A stretch of 64,000 bases of DNA from Ophelia neglecta (taxonomy: Eukaryota), in NCBI GenBank assembly GCA_965285935.1, contig OZ260661.1, positions 17,670,001 through 17,734,000 of the forward strand. The letters are read 5' to 3'. The notes below the pieces were generated by a model. It saw only the letters and a list, made by a program, of their open reading frames with translations. It was not told where the DNA came from and made no database searches. Numbering within the stretch: the first letter of the stretch is position 1; each line of letters opens with the position of its first letter. This document shows, in pieces, positions 53,301 through 63,900 of the stretch. The translations under genes were made by a program, and so were the position numbers.

Positions 53301-53661
53301 CGCTGGCACCATTCGCTGTATAACAGGAAAAATTTCCAACATTTTTGTCACTGCCAAGCCTCCCATTTACAATACGTAAACTTGTGCCAATACATAAATC
53401 TAACAATTGAGAACCATATTCATTTGTAGACTTGTCTTTGGACCGACGCACCAGATTTACATCCACAACATAATCATCCGGTAATGGCAGGTAAAAACCA
53501 GTATCATTCCTGACATAATCTGGTAATTCGGCTGTACGAGCATTAAAGTCTCCCATTATGAAATATGACTGTTGATTTGCATTTGTATTTTCGAATTCTG
53601 CAATATCAGATATCAATTTATAATAAGGACTGAAATTTAACTGCCTAGAGGATGATGCTGG

Positions 53662-53905
53662 GGCATACTGGAAAACCTGATACAAAATACGAAGGTAATA
53701 TGAGATACACAGATACGAAAAATTAAGATTGAGTTGGATTATGACAGGGTAAGGGGTAGGGTTAAGCTAGCAACCTAACTAAACCATAACTTACTTTATC
53801 CCTAACCCTAACCCTAACCTAGTCCATATGGCTACGTTTTAAACACCTCGTATCTCGTATCTGCGTCTCGTATCTGGTATTTCGTATCAGCTTTTCCAGT
53901 ATGCC
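53662..53905. mobile_element. MITE family A
   Basis: TSD TGATGCTGG at 53653-53661 and 53906-53914. Confidence 0.93.
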
Positions 53906-53934
53906 TGATGCTGGTGGTATGTAGACCAAACAGA

Positions 53935-54179
53935 GGCATACTGGAAAACCTGATACAAAATACCAGATACGAGACACAGATACGAGATGCGAGGTGTTTA
54001 AAACGTAGCCATATAGACAAGGTTAGGGTTAGGGTGAAGGGTTAAGTAGGGAATGATTTAGTTAGGTTCATAGCTTAACCCTGCCCCTAACCCTGCAATA
54101 TCCCAACTCTATCTTATTTTCTCCGTATCTGTGTATCTCGTATTTCCCTCGTGTCTCGTATCAGGTTTTCCAGGATGCC
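53935..54179. mobile_element. MITE family A (variant subfamily)
   Basis: TSD CCAAACAGA at 53926-53934 and 54180-54188. Confidence 0.93.
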
Positions 54180-54603
54180 CCAAACAGATATATACATTCT
54201 TTGCAAAATTAAAATAATCTTTACTTAATTTAAACAAAACAAATACATCGTCACAATTTTTAACAACTTCAACTCCATCTACTACTGACTGCCTAATATA
54301 TATAGCAATACCACCGGAATCTCTTCTTGCTCCAACTGTCCGCTTGCCGCGGTGAAAAGGTTAACAAATATAGCCAGGAAAACTCATTTCTTTCTCCTCT
54401 GATGACCATGTTTCTGTCAGTAATATAAAGTCACAGTCATCTACAGTTTTATTAAATACGCTATTTTCTAACTTTGAATATTTCTTTGTCACTAGTCCTT
54501 GCACATTCCATAAACAAAAAGACAGTGTTGATTTATTTTTTCTAGAAGGTTCATATGCTTTGTCCGTTAATCTAATGTGCGTAGTTTGTGCCCCATGCCG
54601 ATC

Positions 54604-55425
54604 CTAGTAGAATTCATCATAATCAACATCGTCCATTTCGTCTGCAGATTCAACTTTGATCCATTTTTGTGGCATGTTTGGTTTCATTTTACACAGGATA
54701 GCACCATCCACTGTGTATGCAAATTCAACAGCAGACTGCTTCCTAACTGCATCCAACAATTTCTTTCTTGGAGTTGTCAGGTCTTCAACTATAACCAGTT
54801 TGTCACCATATATAGGATTTCTCTTGATTGCTTCCTGGTCAATATTAGCCTTTTTTTTCTTCATGATCTCATGCTTTATGCCTCTTCTCACAAATTTAAC
54901 AATCACACCCCTAGGCTTTCCACTCCGTGGTTTCTTTTCTCCAACGCGATGGAGGACAGATATATCATTTTTGTCTACTGTTGTTCCTGTCTCCCCAATA
55001 GCTGTCATGACCGTCACACCAAGAGTTTCTTCAGTTTCATTTTGATCCTCCAGGATTCCAAAGATACGTATGCTATCTCTTCTAGAATATTGTTCATGTT
55101 TATCACCTTGCATGAGATGCAGATTTTTCTCTCGCTTTAGTTCTTCCAGGAGTGGGTTACTTGCAGCCTCTTTTGCGAGTTCCATGACATCAACCCTATC
55201 CGACAGTGCCTTGATACTTACTGCATATTCCTCTATCTTGGTTTCCAGATTTACTCTCATCTTTTCGCATTTCTCATCCATCTTTTTGATTAGATCTTTT
55301 TTTAAGTCACCCATCTCAGTTTTAATTATATCTTGTTGTTCTAAAACACTATCCAACTTATCATTCATCCCTTTCAAAATCTCCATAACATTTGATGACG
55401 ATGCTTCTGAGAAATCCATCTCCAA
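54604..55425 (-). CDS. LINE ORF1 (coiled coil plus RRM-like/transposase_22-like region)
   Basis: EQYSRRDSIRIFGI, DISVLHRVG...PRGVIVKF and VEDLTTPRKKLL. Confidence 0.85.
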   Translation of the reverse strand: MEMDFSEASSSNVMEILKGMNDKLDSVLEQQDIIKTEMGDLKKDLIKKMDEKCEKMRVNLETKIEEYAVSIKALSDRVDVMELAKEAASNPLLEELKREKNLHLMQGDKHEQYSRRDSIRIFGILEDQNETEETLGVTVMTAIGETGTTVDKNDISVLHRVGEKKPRSGKPRGVIVKFVRRGIKHEIMKKKKANIDQEAIKRNPIYGDKLVIVEDLTTPRKKLLDAVRKQSAVEFAYTVDGAILCKMKPNMPQKWIKVESADEMDDVDYDEFY

Positions 55426-57150
55426 GAAAGGTTACTTAAATGCTGGTCTACTTAAACTGTCTGAGGGTGAACTTTCAAATCTCCTTCTTATACCAGTCAC
55501 TGATCCCTGTGCGGGGGTTTCATTCCCTTTGTCAGACATTGTTTACACCAAGTCACTGGCAGCATACAGTGTACAAAACTATACATATACTGTTCCCTGA
55601 ACAAAGTGTCACAATGGGCTAGTATATACACACAAAGCTCAGTCAGCTGTAACACTGACTGACCAGTCTATCAGATATAGCACTGCCCAAAATCTGATTC
55701 ACTATTTTCTAAAAGAATTACAAACTTTCTATATAAGCCAGTCCTATAATCTGAATCACCACGCATTCACACACGGTCTATACACTTTCTAAAGTCAACT
55801 AAAGCAGTACTTTTACAGAAAAAGAACATTAAACTCAAGCAACCAGAGTGTTGCCATACTCCACCACACACACCATCACATTTCTATAAATTTCTATAAA
55901 CTACCATTATTTACACATATATATGGTTCAAACCAACAATGCAACTAATGGAACAAAGCATGTAAAATGGATTTGATAATGGGCGTATTGCAGCAATCTT
56001 TCTTGAAATAGGGGCAACAATTTAAATTATTTTCAGTTGATAATTAGTTGGCCTTCATAAGGTAATCATAGTACATGAAGACCTTTATCGGGAATTATAT
56101 TTTGAAAATAGACTATTAGCCTAGAGTGCATTTCACACGGGTCATGACCCCAAATTGGGCAATTTAAGTAAGTTAAAAAATAAAGTAACAGCCGAAATTA
56201 TACGCATAATTGACATGACGCAATAAAAGCCAGGAGACCCATGGTTCTTTTCTACACGTAATGCGATTATGGCAATATTTAATAGCTTCGCGTCAATAAT
56301 GAACAAAGTCGACTGTCGGAAATTCTGTTAAAATATTTTCCTAAAACAGAGGGAGAGGCAAAAAAGCCCATGTTGGTGTGATGGCCCGTGACAAACGGTC
56401 TTTAACCTTAACAACTTTTTAAAAAAAAGTATTCGCAATAAAGGTTTCATGCATTCTGTCTACCTTTAGAGAGTCAACTAAATACAAACTGGTCTAAAAT
56501 GCTGCCCCTATTTCATTTATGAAAACAAGGTAGACTATTTCCTTTAAGACTAGCGTTATACTAGCTCTGTATAGGAGCTATATTTCTGGAGTCAAACATA
56601 GTCCCTTTTTATGCTTATATCTATTTCAGTATAACATAGAAATAAACGGTCTACCTTCGGGAAAGGATATTTTTACGGATTTTGGAGTTGAGTAACTAAA
56701 ACTGAGAGAAAGCCAGTGGGGGAAAGAAGACGCTCCTAGAACCGAGAATAATAAATAATTCAATGTGATTATCAAGTAATAATGTTACAAGTTTTCATTC
56801 ACGGATTACGGGAAACAAAATAAGCCAATTTTAGTTCTACACAAGGAAACACCATCCCTTACCTATAGTTAACATGATTAATAGGCATAGGGTGACCATG
56901 AACTATATATACTAATGCTCTTTTTTTCTATAACAGAAAAAAAGGTGAGTCTCACTTGAAATGCACGGAGACCTCACGGTATGCGCCTACGTATATTCTA
57001 TTATATGCATACTATAATCTTCCTCAATTTCAGCCTAGAATAACTAAACAACAACCGTTAACCCCATACTTGCAACATTCGCCTTCATGACCTCACACAG
57101 TTCTGCTGTCACGGCCAACTGGTCGAAGCGCAAAATCATGGCCAAATTAA

Positions 57151-57395
57151 GGCATACTGGAAAAGCTGATACGAAATACCAGATACGAGACGCAGATACG
57201 AGATACGAGGTGTTTAAAACGTAGCCATATGGACTAGGTTAGGGTTAGGGTGAAGGGTTAAGTAAGATATGATTTAGTTAGGTTGCTAGCTTAACCCTAC
57301 CCCTAACCCTGTCATAACCCAACTCTATCTTATTTTTTTCGTATCTGTGTATCTCGTATTTCCTTCGTATTTCGTATCAGGTTTTCCAGTATGCC
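57151..57395. mobile_element. MITE family A
   Basis: TSD CCAAATTAA at 57142-57150 and 57396-57404. Confidence 0.93.
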
Positions 57396-57700
57396 CCAAA
57401 TTAAGGTAGCTCTGCTCATCAGCTTGCTTTGCTTTTTTTGCTTAATTGAGTAGTGCGTGTTTTTAGAAAATTCCGACGCACTATTTATGGACTAAAAATG
57501 CATTATTTTGTACAAAGGAATTTTCGGACTAACGGACCTTCGGACTAACGGACCTTCAGACTAACGGACCTTCGGAACATAGGCATGTAACCATTTCAAC
57601 ATAATGAATCCATAGCTCCTAAAGTGAAAAATGGTAGGACAATAAAAAGACTGACATGCACTGCTAGCCTAACATATATGTACATGTATGTACTGAACAT

Positions 57701-58464
57701 TCACTTGTGCGTGCTTTTCCCTCTACCCTTTTCCTTACCTATTTTTAAAGTACAAGGTGAACAATAAAATTTGCCTCTGGGAACACGCTTAATGCCAGCA
57801 CAAAACTGGGGTAACCACAGCTTACACCCATCACACTGAATCCAAGGAATGGGTGATACCACATCAGAATCAGTTATTTTACACATATCACCCAAGTCAC
57901 ATGGAGAAGGAGCCATTCTCTGGGCATACTGGAAAAGCTGATAACGAAATACCAGATACGAGACGCAGATACGAGATACGAGGTGTTTAAAACGTAGCCA
58001 TATGGACTAAGTTAGGGTTAGGGTGAAGGATAAAGTAAGTTATGGTTTAGTTAGGTTGCTAGCTTAACCCTACCCCTTACCCTGTCATAATCCAACTCAA
58101 TCTTAATTTTTCGTATCTGTGTATCTCGTATTTCCTTCGTATTTCGTATCGGGTTTTCCAGTATTCTTTTGTTTTCTTTTGTCTGTATTTAAAAAGACAG
58201 ACTCAACAGAGCCTCCTGCAATAACTAGTGAATTTTCAATCTCAAAGCTTGAATGACCCCTTGTATTGAAATCTGACAGAGCATAAGATGCCTTGTACAT
58301 GTCACACTGGTTTTCGGCCATATTTATTACAAACAATGTGGAACTACCAGACAATACACTCCTGTGGTAGGGATGTCCGGTAGCTTCTGCTGGATACCAC
58401 CATACACAAAAAAACAGTTGTTGATAACAGACAAACAAAAGTTGGATAGATATACATTATCTGA
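57701..58464 (-). pseudogene. RAG2L: RAG2-like 3' portion: last two kelch-type blades plus PHD finger, split by a MITE and truncated at the 5' end
   Basis: YLSNFCLSVINNCFFVYGGIQQK (alternative frame, 58464-58381), then RGHSSFEIENSLVIAGGSVESVFLNTDKR, then after MITE removal MAPSPCDLGDMCKI...PWIQCDGCKLWLPQFCAGIKRVPRGKFYCSPC. Convergent with RAG1L. Confidence 0.85.
57923..58164. mobile_element. MITE family A inserted in RAG2L between the last kelch blade and the PHD
   Basis: GGCATACTGGAAAAG...TTTTCCAGTAT. The right tip is eroded and the TSD is degenerate (ATTCTCTG / ATTCTTTTG). Confidence 0.9.
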
Positions 58465-58666
58465 GGCTATTGATTAAACGCGGATGTGCGGAGGCTATGC
58501 GGAGGCGGAGGTCATGAGTATTTCTGAGTGGCATGAAGCAAATAATCGTCAGCAAGGACAGGGTTAGGACGGAGGGTTAGTGACAGGTTTGATAGGTCTA
58601 GTGCTCTGTTCTAATTTCTGGATTCACCTCCGCAAGGCTCCGCGCCTCCGCTTTTAATCAAAAGCC
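58465..58666. mobile_element. MITE family B with discordant flanks
   Basis: Reverse-complement homolog of 14636-14861. Flanks ATTATCTGA and CTCTTTTCG do not match. Confidence 0.88.
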
Positions 58667-59053
58667 CTCTTTTCGCAGCATTTATTTTGGCTCAGTCCAA
58701 GCGTTCTTTCTTCTTTCTTTCCTGCGCCATTTTCCTCCTGGTCTTTTCAATTACTTCTCTCAGTTTCTCTTTTTCCGCTCTTTCTCTAACCCTTTCTTTT
58801 CTTCCTTCCGCTTTGACTCTGCCTCTTTCTTCTTGAATTCATCCTGTTTATATCCAAGGAAAGTTTTTGATGTGAAGTGTTCTCCCTCTGGATTCTTTCT
58901 CACCTTCCTTTTCTTCTTCCCCTTTGATCCTCTAAAGTTTACCGGGAGGCTCTCCTTTAACATCCTGCTGACAGGTGTGAGGTTTGCCTCTTGTTCGCTC
59001 ACTTTAAATTTGTCTTTTGTTCTGAGAGTGGGTGTACTAGTGAATTCCCGCAT
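58667..59053 (-). pseudogene. Lys/Glu-rich C-terminal fragment resembling pogo/Fot1-type transposases
   Basis: LPVNFRGSKGKKKRK...GEHFTSKTFLGYKQDEFKKKEAESKRKEEKK; judged on composition and motif only. Confidence 0.4.
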
Positions 59054-59328
59054 TTATTATGTTGTCCCAGACTTTGCTCATCATATGCCCAATTTTACTC
59101 AGATGTGTCGAATTTTGCTCTATATGGGCTTATTTGGCTTGTGAGCAGTTTTTCGCAAAACAAACACGCAAAGTTGGGCACACCTAGGAGCAGAGCTAAA
59201 CATCCCTTTTATCATCACATTTTCTCACAATTTATTGAAGTTTTGTGCTAGCCTCTTGACATTTTATTGCTTACAATGAATAAATGACAACAATAGTGGT
59301 ATTCCTAGAACAATAGTACAGGCTATAC

Positions 59329-59588
59329 CCGTGGTTCCCAAACTATGGGTAACTTACCCCCCAGGGGTAATGAGGCCTTTTCTGGGGGGTAACGAGGGTT
59401 TCGTATTTCAACCCTTTATGTTTTGCCGGCTGCATTGAACCGAACTTGCATTGAACCGAACTTTGAACGGAGCTTGCAATAAAATAGACAATTGTGAATG
59501 ACACATTTTGAAATTTGTTGTCGGGGGTAACGAGACACATTCAGGATGATGTTTTGGGTAATGGTCTGAAAAAGTTTGGGAACCACTT
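59329..59588. mobile_element. hAT MITE (family C)
   Basis: TIR C(C/A)GTGGTTCCCAAACT. 8-bp TSD GGCTATAC at 59321-59328 and 59589-59596. Confidence 0.9.
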
Positions 59589-59611
59589 GGCTATACTGTA
59601 TAGGGTACGTT

Positions 59612-59856
59612 GGCATACTGGAAAACCTGATACGAAATACCAGATACGAGACACAGATACGAGATACGAGGTGTTTAAAACGTAGCCATATGGACTAGGT
59701 TAGGGTCAGGGTGAAGGGTTAAGGATTGAATGTTCCAGCTAGGTTGCTAGCTTAACCCTACCCCTAACCCTGTCATAACCCAACTCTATCTTATTTTCTC
59801 CGTATCTGTGTATCTCGTATTTCCCTCGTGTCTCGTATCAGGTTTTCCAGTATGCC
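59612..59856. mobile_element. MITE family A (variant subfamily)
   Basis: TSD GGGTACGTT at 59603-59611 and 59857-59865. Confidence 0.93.
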
Positions 59857-61075
59857 GGGTACGTTGACCATATACGCGTATCTCGGACGCGATATTTGCC
59901 CAAATCACCAAGTTTTAAAATGGACGTCTTCTATGCTAAACGGGTGAGGTGTGAAGTGTTATTTGAAATGGTGATAACAAATCCTCCGTTTTGGCCACTT
60001 AAATAACATAATATTCAAGAGAAGAATTTACAATACCAATGACTGAAGTTGACCTATAAACGAGAAAGTCGGCCATTCTGACCAAAAGTCAACATAACTG
60101 ACATAAAGTCGGCCACTGAATATTAAATACACATGTACGTTCAAAACAATTGCGAGAGTTATGATATACAATATCAACTAGTCTTTTATAGTCGACTTGG
60201 GTCTAGGCCTATAGGCTATTAAGCCAAATAAAATTAATTATGTGTTTCCGGTAACCCTACAGACCCTCCAAACTGGCTAAAATGAAAGTTTTATTTTATT
60301 TTCTCGTGCTGAATTTCATGGCATGCAATACGCTACCAGACACTCCGCAAACTCATCGGTAATAAAAAATAACAAAAAAAGCATTTATACTATTTTAGAT
60401 GAAGAGAATTGTCAGCTTTGTTCATCATAAATGAACTACTATTGATAAGTCATCTATTTTTCTTGTTAATACTGTTACATGTTGCATTAATATATGTTGA
60501 CAGATGCCCGAAAAAGTTACAGTGAAAAAAAATTAAAAATTAAACAATTTTTTTGGCACATAACCCACTCGTCTGCCATCGTCGGGTCAGCTTTATCCCC
60601 ATAGCTCCATTTGCACAAGGGGCAAACGTTTGTGCTCTTCCCAACGTTCCTGTCAGTGGCTTTTCTGTCCAATGAGACCGTGACAGGGATCATCTCAATT
60701 TGAGTACCCAATAGATGAACGTTATTAAAAAATATGTCTGCCGATTAGGCGACCGGAGTGGCGATGCCCATAATCACAGCATACATCTAGGCCTTATCAC
60801 AGATAAAAAAAATCAATATTCATCACGCATTTATACATGGGGACGTCCCGTTTCTAGGGTCTTGAGTTTAAGCCAGGGCGCCTCAACTAGGCCTATATTT
60901 TTTGTTTGACCAAATTACCCTATCCTGGGATTTTTTTTTTTACCCAATGTGCCATACAGTTCTAAGGCTAATACTTTGCCGAGGGCAATAACAACATAGG
61001 TGAAAAACAATAACATATATAGGCCAATAGATCAAGTATGATTTACAATTGCCCTAACTAGACTAAAGTTTAGGC

Positions 61076-61313
61076 CAGTGGTTCCCAAACTTTTTCAGAC
61101 CATTACCCAAAACATCATCCTGAATCTGTCTCGTTACCCCCGACAACAAATTTCAAAATGTTTCAGTCACAATTGTCTATTTTATAGCAAGCTCGGTTTA
61201 AAGTTTTGTTCAATGCAAGTTCGGTTCAATGCAGCCGGCAAAACATAAAGGGTTGAAATACGGGACCCTCGTTACCCCCTGGGGGTAATTTACCCATAGT
61301 TTGGGAACCACGG
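61076..61313. mobile_element. hAT MITE (family C), inverted relative to the copy at 59329
   Basis: TSD GTTTAGGC at 61068-61075 and 61314-61321. Confidence 0.9.
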
Positions 61314-62189
61314 GTTTAGGCGAAAGCGTCCTAGCCATGTTTTGAAATTTAATGCCAGTGCCCTCTATGAACTAAGAGATAATATTTTTGAGGCTATGTG
61401 CTCAGACTGGGCCAACTTAAATTTCATTAAAAGGGATGGGGTTACCTTTAACGTCCCATATAGGGTCACAGTAGTAACTCGAGGTTACTACTTGGGTTCT
61501 CCAGTGACTTATTTCCATGGTAATGGTTTTAGCCTTAACTGGCCCGTTTTGCTCGGATTTCCCCAACGTAAAAATAAGAAAGTAACTCCCCCTCCCCTCG
61601 TGGGCCTACAGGCACTGATGTCAGAATTTTTAGTGGACATACACCCATAGATTCACATCTACCCAGTAGGGCCTAACGCATTGCGACCGAATGTCGGCCT
61701 CTGTCGAATTTCGGTCACTGGTGGCCGAGTTTGTGTCAGGGACGGCCGACAATCAGTCTTTGGTATGCCGACTTTAGGTCGAAGTGTAACCGTGAACAAA
61801 GACCCTCTATCATTGTCTACCGTTGGAATATACCGCTCATTACTCTTTTATAAGATAGTAAATATAAATAAATTTATTTTATAATCTATAATCAGAATAT
61901 ATGTGAAAAATGCCCTTGTAATGAGTCCGCCCAACTACGGGTAGACGACCCGGCCATTTTGGACTACACTAAACTGGCCTTAACTATTGGATGGCCACTT
62001 AGATCGTGCACAAATATGGGGCTAAGTAGGACTTAAGTCCTCGGACTTGAGTTTGCCGGACTAAGTCGTCGAACTTACCTAAGTCCTTCGTTGAGATTTT
62101 TCTAGCACACGTCGAGTGCTTGATACACGACAGGTAAGTCGCAGGACTTCATATAGGGGACTCAAGTTCAAAGTTTTTAATGCACTCGG

Positions 62190-62350
62190 CAACAGGTGAT
62201 GGTGACACGACTGACAGTTGACATTGAATTTTACCGCCAGATCTTTTTCAAATAAACCTTGCCTTATCCTAATGCAAAAAAAAAAAAAAATGATCAATTA
62301 AGGCCAAAGATTCTTCCCTAAAAGCCTCTGCCTTCTGGTTAGTGAATTTA
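62190..62350 (-). pseudogene. HTH fragment of an ISL2EU/PIF-type transposase
   Basis: FFCIRIRQGLFEKDLAVKFNV. Confidence 0.5.
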
Positions 62351-63160
62351 GATTTTGGGGCTTAACGACACATAGACACCATGTGGGTCATTTAGTGTCT
62401 TAAGTTGGGTATAGTTTATTGTTTATTGTACTGTTTATTTTTTTTTTATATGGGATAATAGTAAGAAGTAAGCAGTTATTGAGCCCTATTTTATAAAAAA
62501 TCTTCTAGGTGGGTGGGTCAGATGTTTTTCTGACTAAAAAATGTTACCAGTGGTCTATATGTCCATGGCGGTGTCTTCGGCAGTGTGGCATCAGCAATCC
62601 ATCTGAGTTCAACGCCCAGATTTTCTAGGGATTGCTTGATGCGGTTACCAAATGGAGGAATTGTTTTAGTTAGCAAATAGTTCACTGTCCGGAGGGTCAA
62701 AGACATTCGAGAAGGCAGGGTTGGCGGGGTCAGCGTGTAGTTTGACTGCATATTGCAGTCCTAGTCTTAGGTGAAGAGGAGGCACGCATGCCTCCACCTC
62801 CAGGCTGTCATTTGGAGATGTTCGATATGCACCAGTGCATATACGAAGGGCCTGGTTCTGTACAGGATCTAGCATTTTTATGTAGCTCTTTGGTGAAGAT
62901 CCATAAACAAAACAGCCATAATCGAGCTTTGATCTAACAAGGCTCTGGTACAGACATAACAGAACCTTGCGATCAGCACCCCAGTCCATGCTAGACACGA
63001 CACGAAGGTGGTTTAACTCCTTTTGGCAACTCTGTCTCAAGTATTTGATATGGGGAAGTTTTTTGTCGTAGACCAGGCCAAGTAATTTAAATGTTTCAAC
63101 TACAGGAATAGGAGATCCACTTGTCCTTATGGAAATGGAATGACTGATGCGTGTAGGAAT
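62343..63160 (-). mobile_element. Third I-clade LINE copy, internally deleted
   Basis: KLLGLVYDKKL...WGADRKVLLCLYQSLVRSKLDYGCFVYGS. Same 3' UTR as the 14592 copy. Confidence 0.85.
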
Positions 63161-63745
63161 GACTGATGCACCTGGTACACAGTATTTATTCTTATTAATA
63201 ATATGTGGGAATAATATGGATCTTATATATTTGTCCCTGAAGTAATATGAACCTTTGAAAAAATTCAAATGCCTTTTTATGTATGTCAAAAGAGAATTGA
63301 ATTATTCACAATTTCAGTAATTGATTTTACTACAGAAGTAGAGTCCTGTGCCCAGATGACTGTGTTCGTCAGTACAGTACTGGCCTTCTGATTGGGTCAG
63401 GAGGGAAGCCATTTGTACAGGCAATGGTGAAGTTATGATGGAAATGTGGGTGGCTCATGGAATTCAGTTATGGAACTTTCAGTTTTTATAACCCAACCTT
63501 GACCTAGACATCTCAATTTTGTTTTACATATAAATGGGTAAGGGTAAGGTTATTATTGTGTTCATAATAGCTCAACTTAGGAAGCCTAGCCTTTTTCGCC
63601 AAAGCTTTCTCTTTCGCCCTTAACACAAAGCCATTTAACCCTGATGCACCAGTGGGTTAGTTTTGTTCACAATTTTAAATTAAATTTACATCTTGTATTA
63701 TCATCTTTTCCATCCATCCAGTATTTGCAATGTGATTTTATCAGC

Positions 63746-63900
63746 ATAGGATGTGCCATACTCGTTGTTGCGAAATGGAATGCTATCACCAAGTCTGGCG
63801 AAGGATCTCATTTGGAATAGGACTTTCAACCTCAAGGGAGGCACTGGGAACAATGTGGCAATGGATAAAGTTAATGAATTCCTGAACTGTGAATTTAAAG
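63746..63900 (+). pseudogene. Exon of a DUF6589-like (Academ-type?) transposase
   Basis: LSPSLAKDLIWNRTFNLKGGTGNNVAMDKVNEFLNCEFK followed by a GT donor. Confidence 0.45.

Larger units (their letters stand above)
46077..54560 (-). pseudogene. LINE ORF2 (endonuclease-reverse transcriptase), fragmented
   Basis: Pieces at 52936-53660, 52131-52637, 51523-52137 and 50540-51494. The C-terminus resumes at 46162-46077 (FNVENVKTLNNLAIFIKKATKIRNAYAW*). ~120-bp internal duplication at 52041-52283. Confidence 0.85.
45961..55880 (-). mobile_element. Near full-length LINE (RTEX/CR1-group-like): ORF1 plus APE-RT-zinc knuckle ORF2, carrying a Ngaro element and two MITEs
   Basis: ORF1 at 54604-55425. APE motifs WNVQGL, LTETW, MGDFNART, VVDYV, SDH. 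RT motifs FIDFRKAFD, GVRQGESLSPFLF, LLYDDD. Knuckle CLVCNVLEDEYHFIVEC. AATAAA then a (CCTTA)n tail at ~45961-45984. The 5' end is approximate. Confidence 0.88.
44684..57592. mobile_element. Non-autonomous TIR element, expanded to 12.9 kb by nested insertions, lying between RAG1L and RAG2L
   Basis: Left end GGGAACATCCCTATATTCCGAAGGTCC; right end reverse complement GGTTACATGCCTATGTTCCGAAGGTCC. TSD ATTTCAAC at 44676-44683 and 57593-57600. Three copies of a 16-bp subterminal repeat at 57523-57570. Confidence 0.85.
40808..58464. mobile_element. Decayed RAG-like (ProtoRAG/RAGL) transposon: convergent RAG1L and RAG2L separated by nested insertions
   Basis: RAG1L on + and kelch-PHD RAG2L on - are ~515 bp apart once the TSD-bounded insertion 44684-57592 is removed. 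TIRs not confirmed. Confidence 0.85.

Noticed and set aside
45686-55928. Inverted AACCATATATATGT motifs bracketing the LINE as a further nested MITE
   Set aside because: A 14-bp low-complexity match with no TSD; possible but unsupported.
60517-60711. Cys-rich ORF (CPLC...DEWVMCQKNC) as part of RAG2L or a second RAG2L
   Set aside because: A partial PHD-like motif with no kelch blades, lying upstream of RAG2L where kelch repeats would be expected. More like a pogo-type transposase tail.
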